Positions 63,493-64,000 of a DNA stretch of 64,000 nt are shown here, piece by piece; position 1 is the first letter of the stretch, and every line of letters begins with the position of its first letter. Source of the DNA: Mobula hypostoma (Eukaryota); NCBI RefSeq assembly GCF_963921235.1, contig NC_086106.1, positions 21,266,001 through 21,330,000 on the forward strand. The letters run 5' to 3'. The notes under the pieces were generated by a model. The model saw nothing but the letters and a program-made list of their open reading frames with translations, had not been told where the DNA came from and searched no databases. Position numbers and translations under genes: made by a program.

Positions 63493-64000
63493 CGTTTCGT
63501 CTCCGGGTGTAAGATGGTTTATATGACGGAGAGCTAGACTGCTGTGTTACGTTATTCCTCAGAACAGGACAGAGACACTTCTGACGCTTACTGTTCTAGA
63601 TTTATCCAATTGCTGCGCACATTCCGAATTACCTTCTTGCGAGAAAACGTATGGTTTATTGAACAATAGCTATGGTTCTGTTTCCACTCAAGCTTTTTGG
63701 AACTGATGAGAAAGGTCCTCCATGACAGTTTTAACGTCAATACAAGTAATTCATCATCTTTTTGGATAAATATGAAAAGACCAGGCATCTGCGAAAAGGA
63801 AATAACAACATTGAAACGTGCCAGTGTGAAAACATATCTGATCAAGATAACTCAGTGTCACTAGGTTTATAAATATATCATCAGCCAGATCCGCATGTTT
63901 TCAGGGATGGAGTAAAGGTGATAGAGAACAGTGGGAAAGGTGTAGAACAAGTGAGTTTTATGGAACTGTGGAAGCTGGAGGCAATGTTAATGTAATTTAC

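Overview
Vertebrate (cartilaginous fish, probably a ray/batoid - inference) genomic DNA from an antigen-receptor locus. The minus strand carries a tandem array of NAR-TCR-type cassettes: leader - IgNAR-like V(23-RSS) - one D(12/12-RSS) - NAR-like J(23-RSS) - intron - leaderless 'supporting' TCR-delta V(23-RSS). There are two cassette lineages. Type A looks functional in two copies (A1 14.6-17.4 kb, A2 36.2-38.9 kb); a third copy is reduced to a supporting-V fragment at 55.2 kb. Type B is a pseudogene in all four copies (B1 ~3-9.6 kb, B2 ~26.7-32 kb, B3 ~47.2-49.9 kb, B4 ~60-63.5 kb), which share inherited stop codons. A and B were duplicated together in a unit of about 14-22 kb that also carries old CR1 LINE, Penelope-like and DNA-transposon relics. 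Younger CR1, Penelope-like (one with an intact minimal hammerhead ribozyme motif) and RTE-like insertions are copy-specific. No TCR constant exon or conventional D-delta/J-delta was found in the window; orientation implies they lie beyond coordinate 1. All coordinates were read by eye and no database searches were run.
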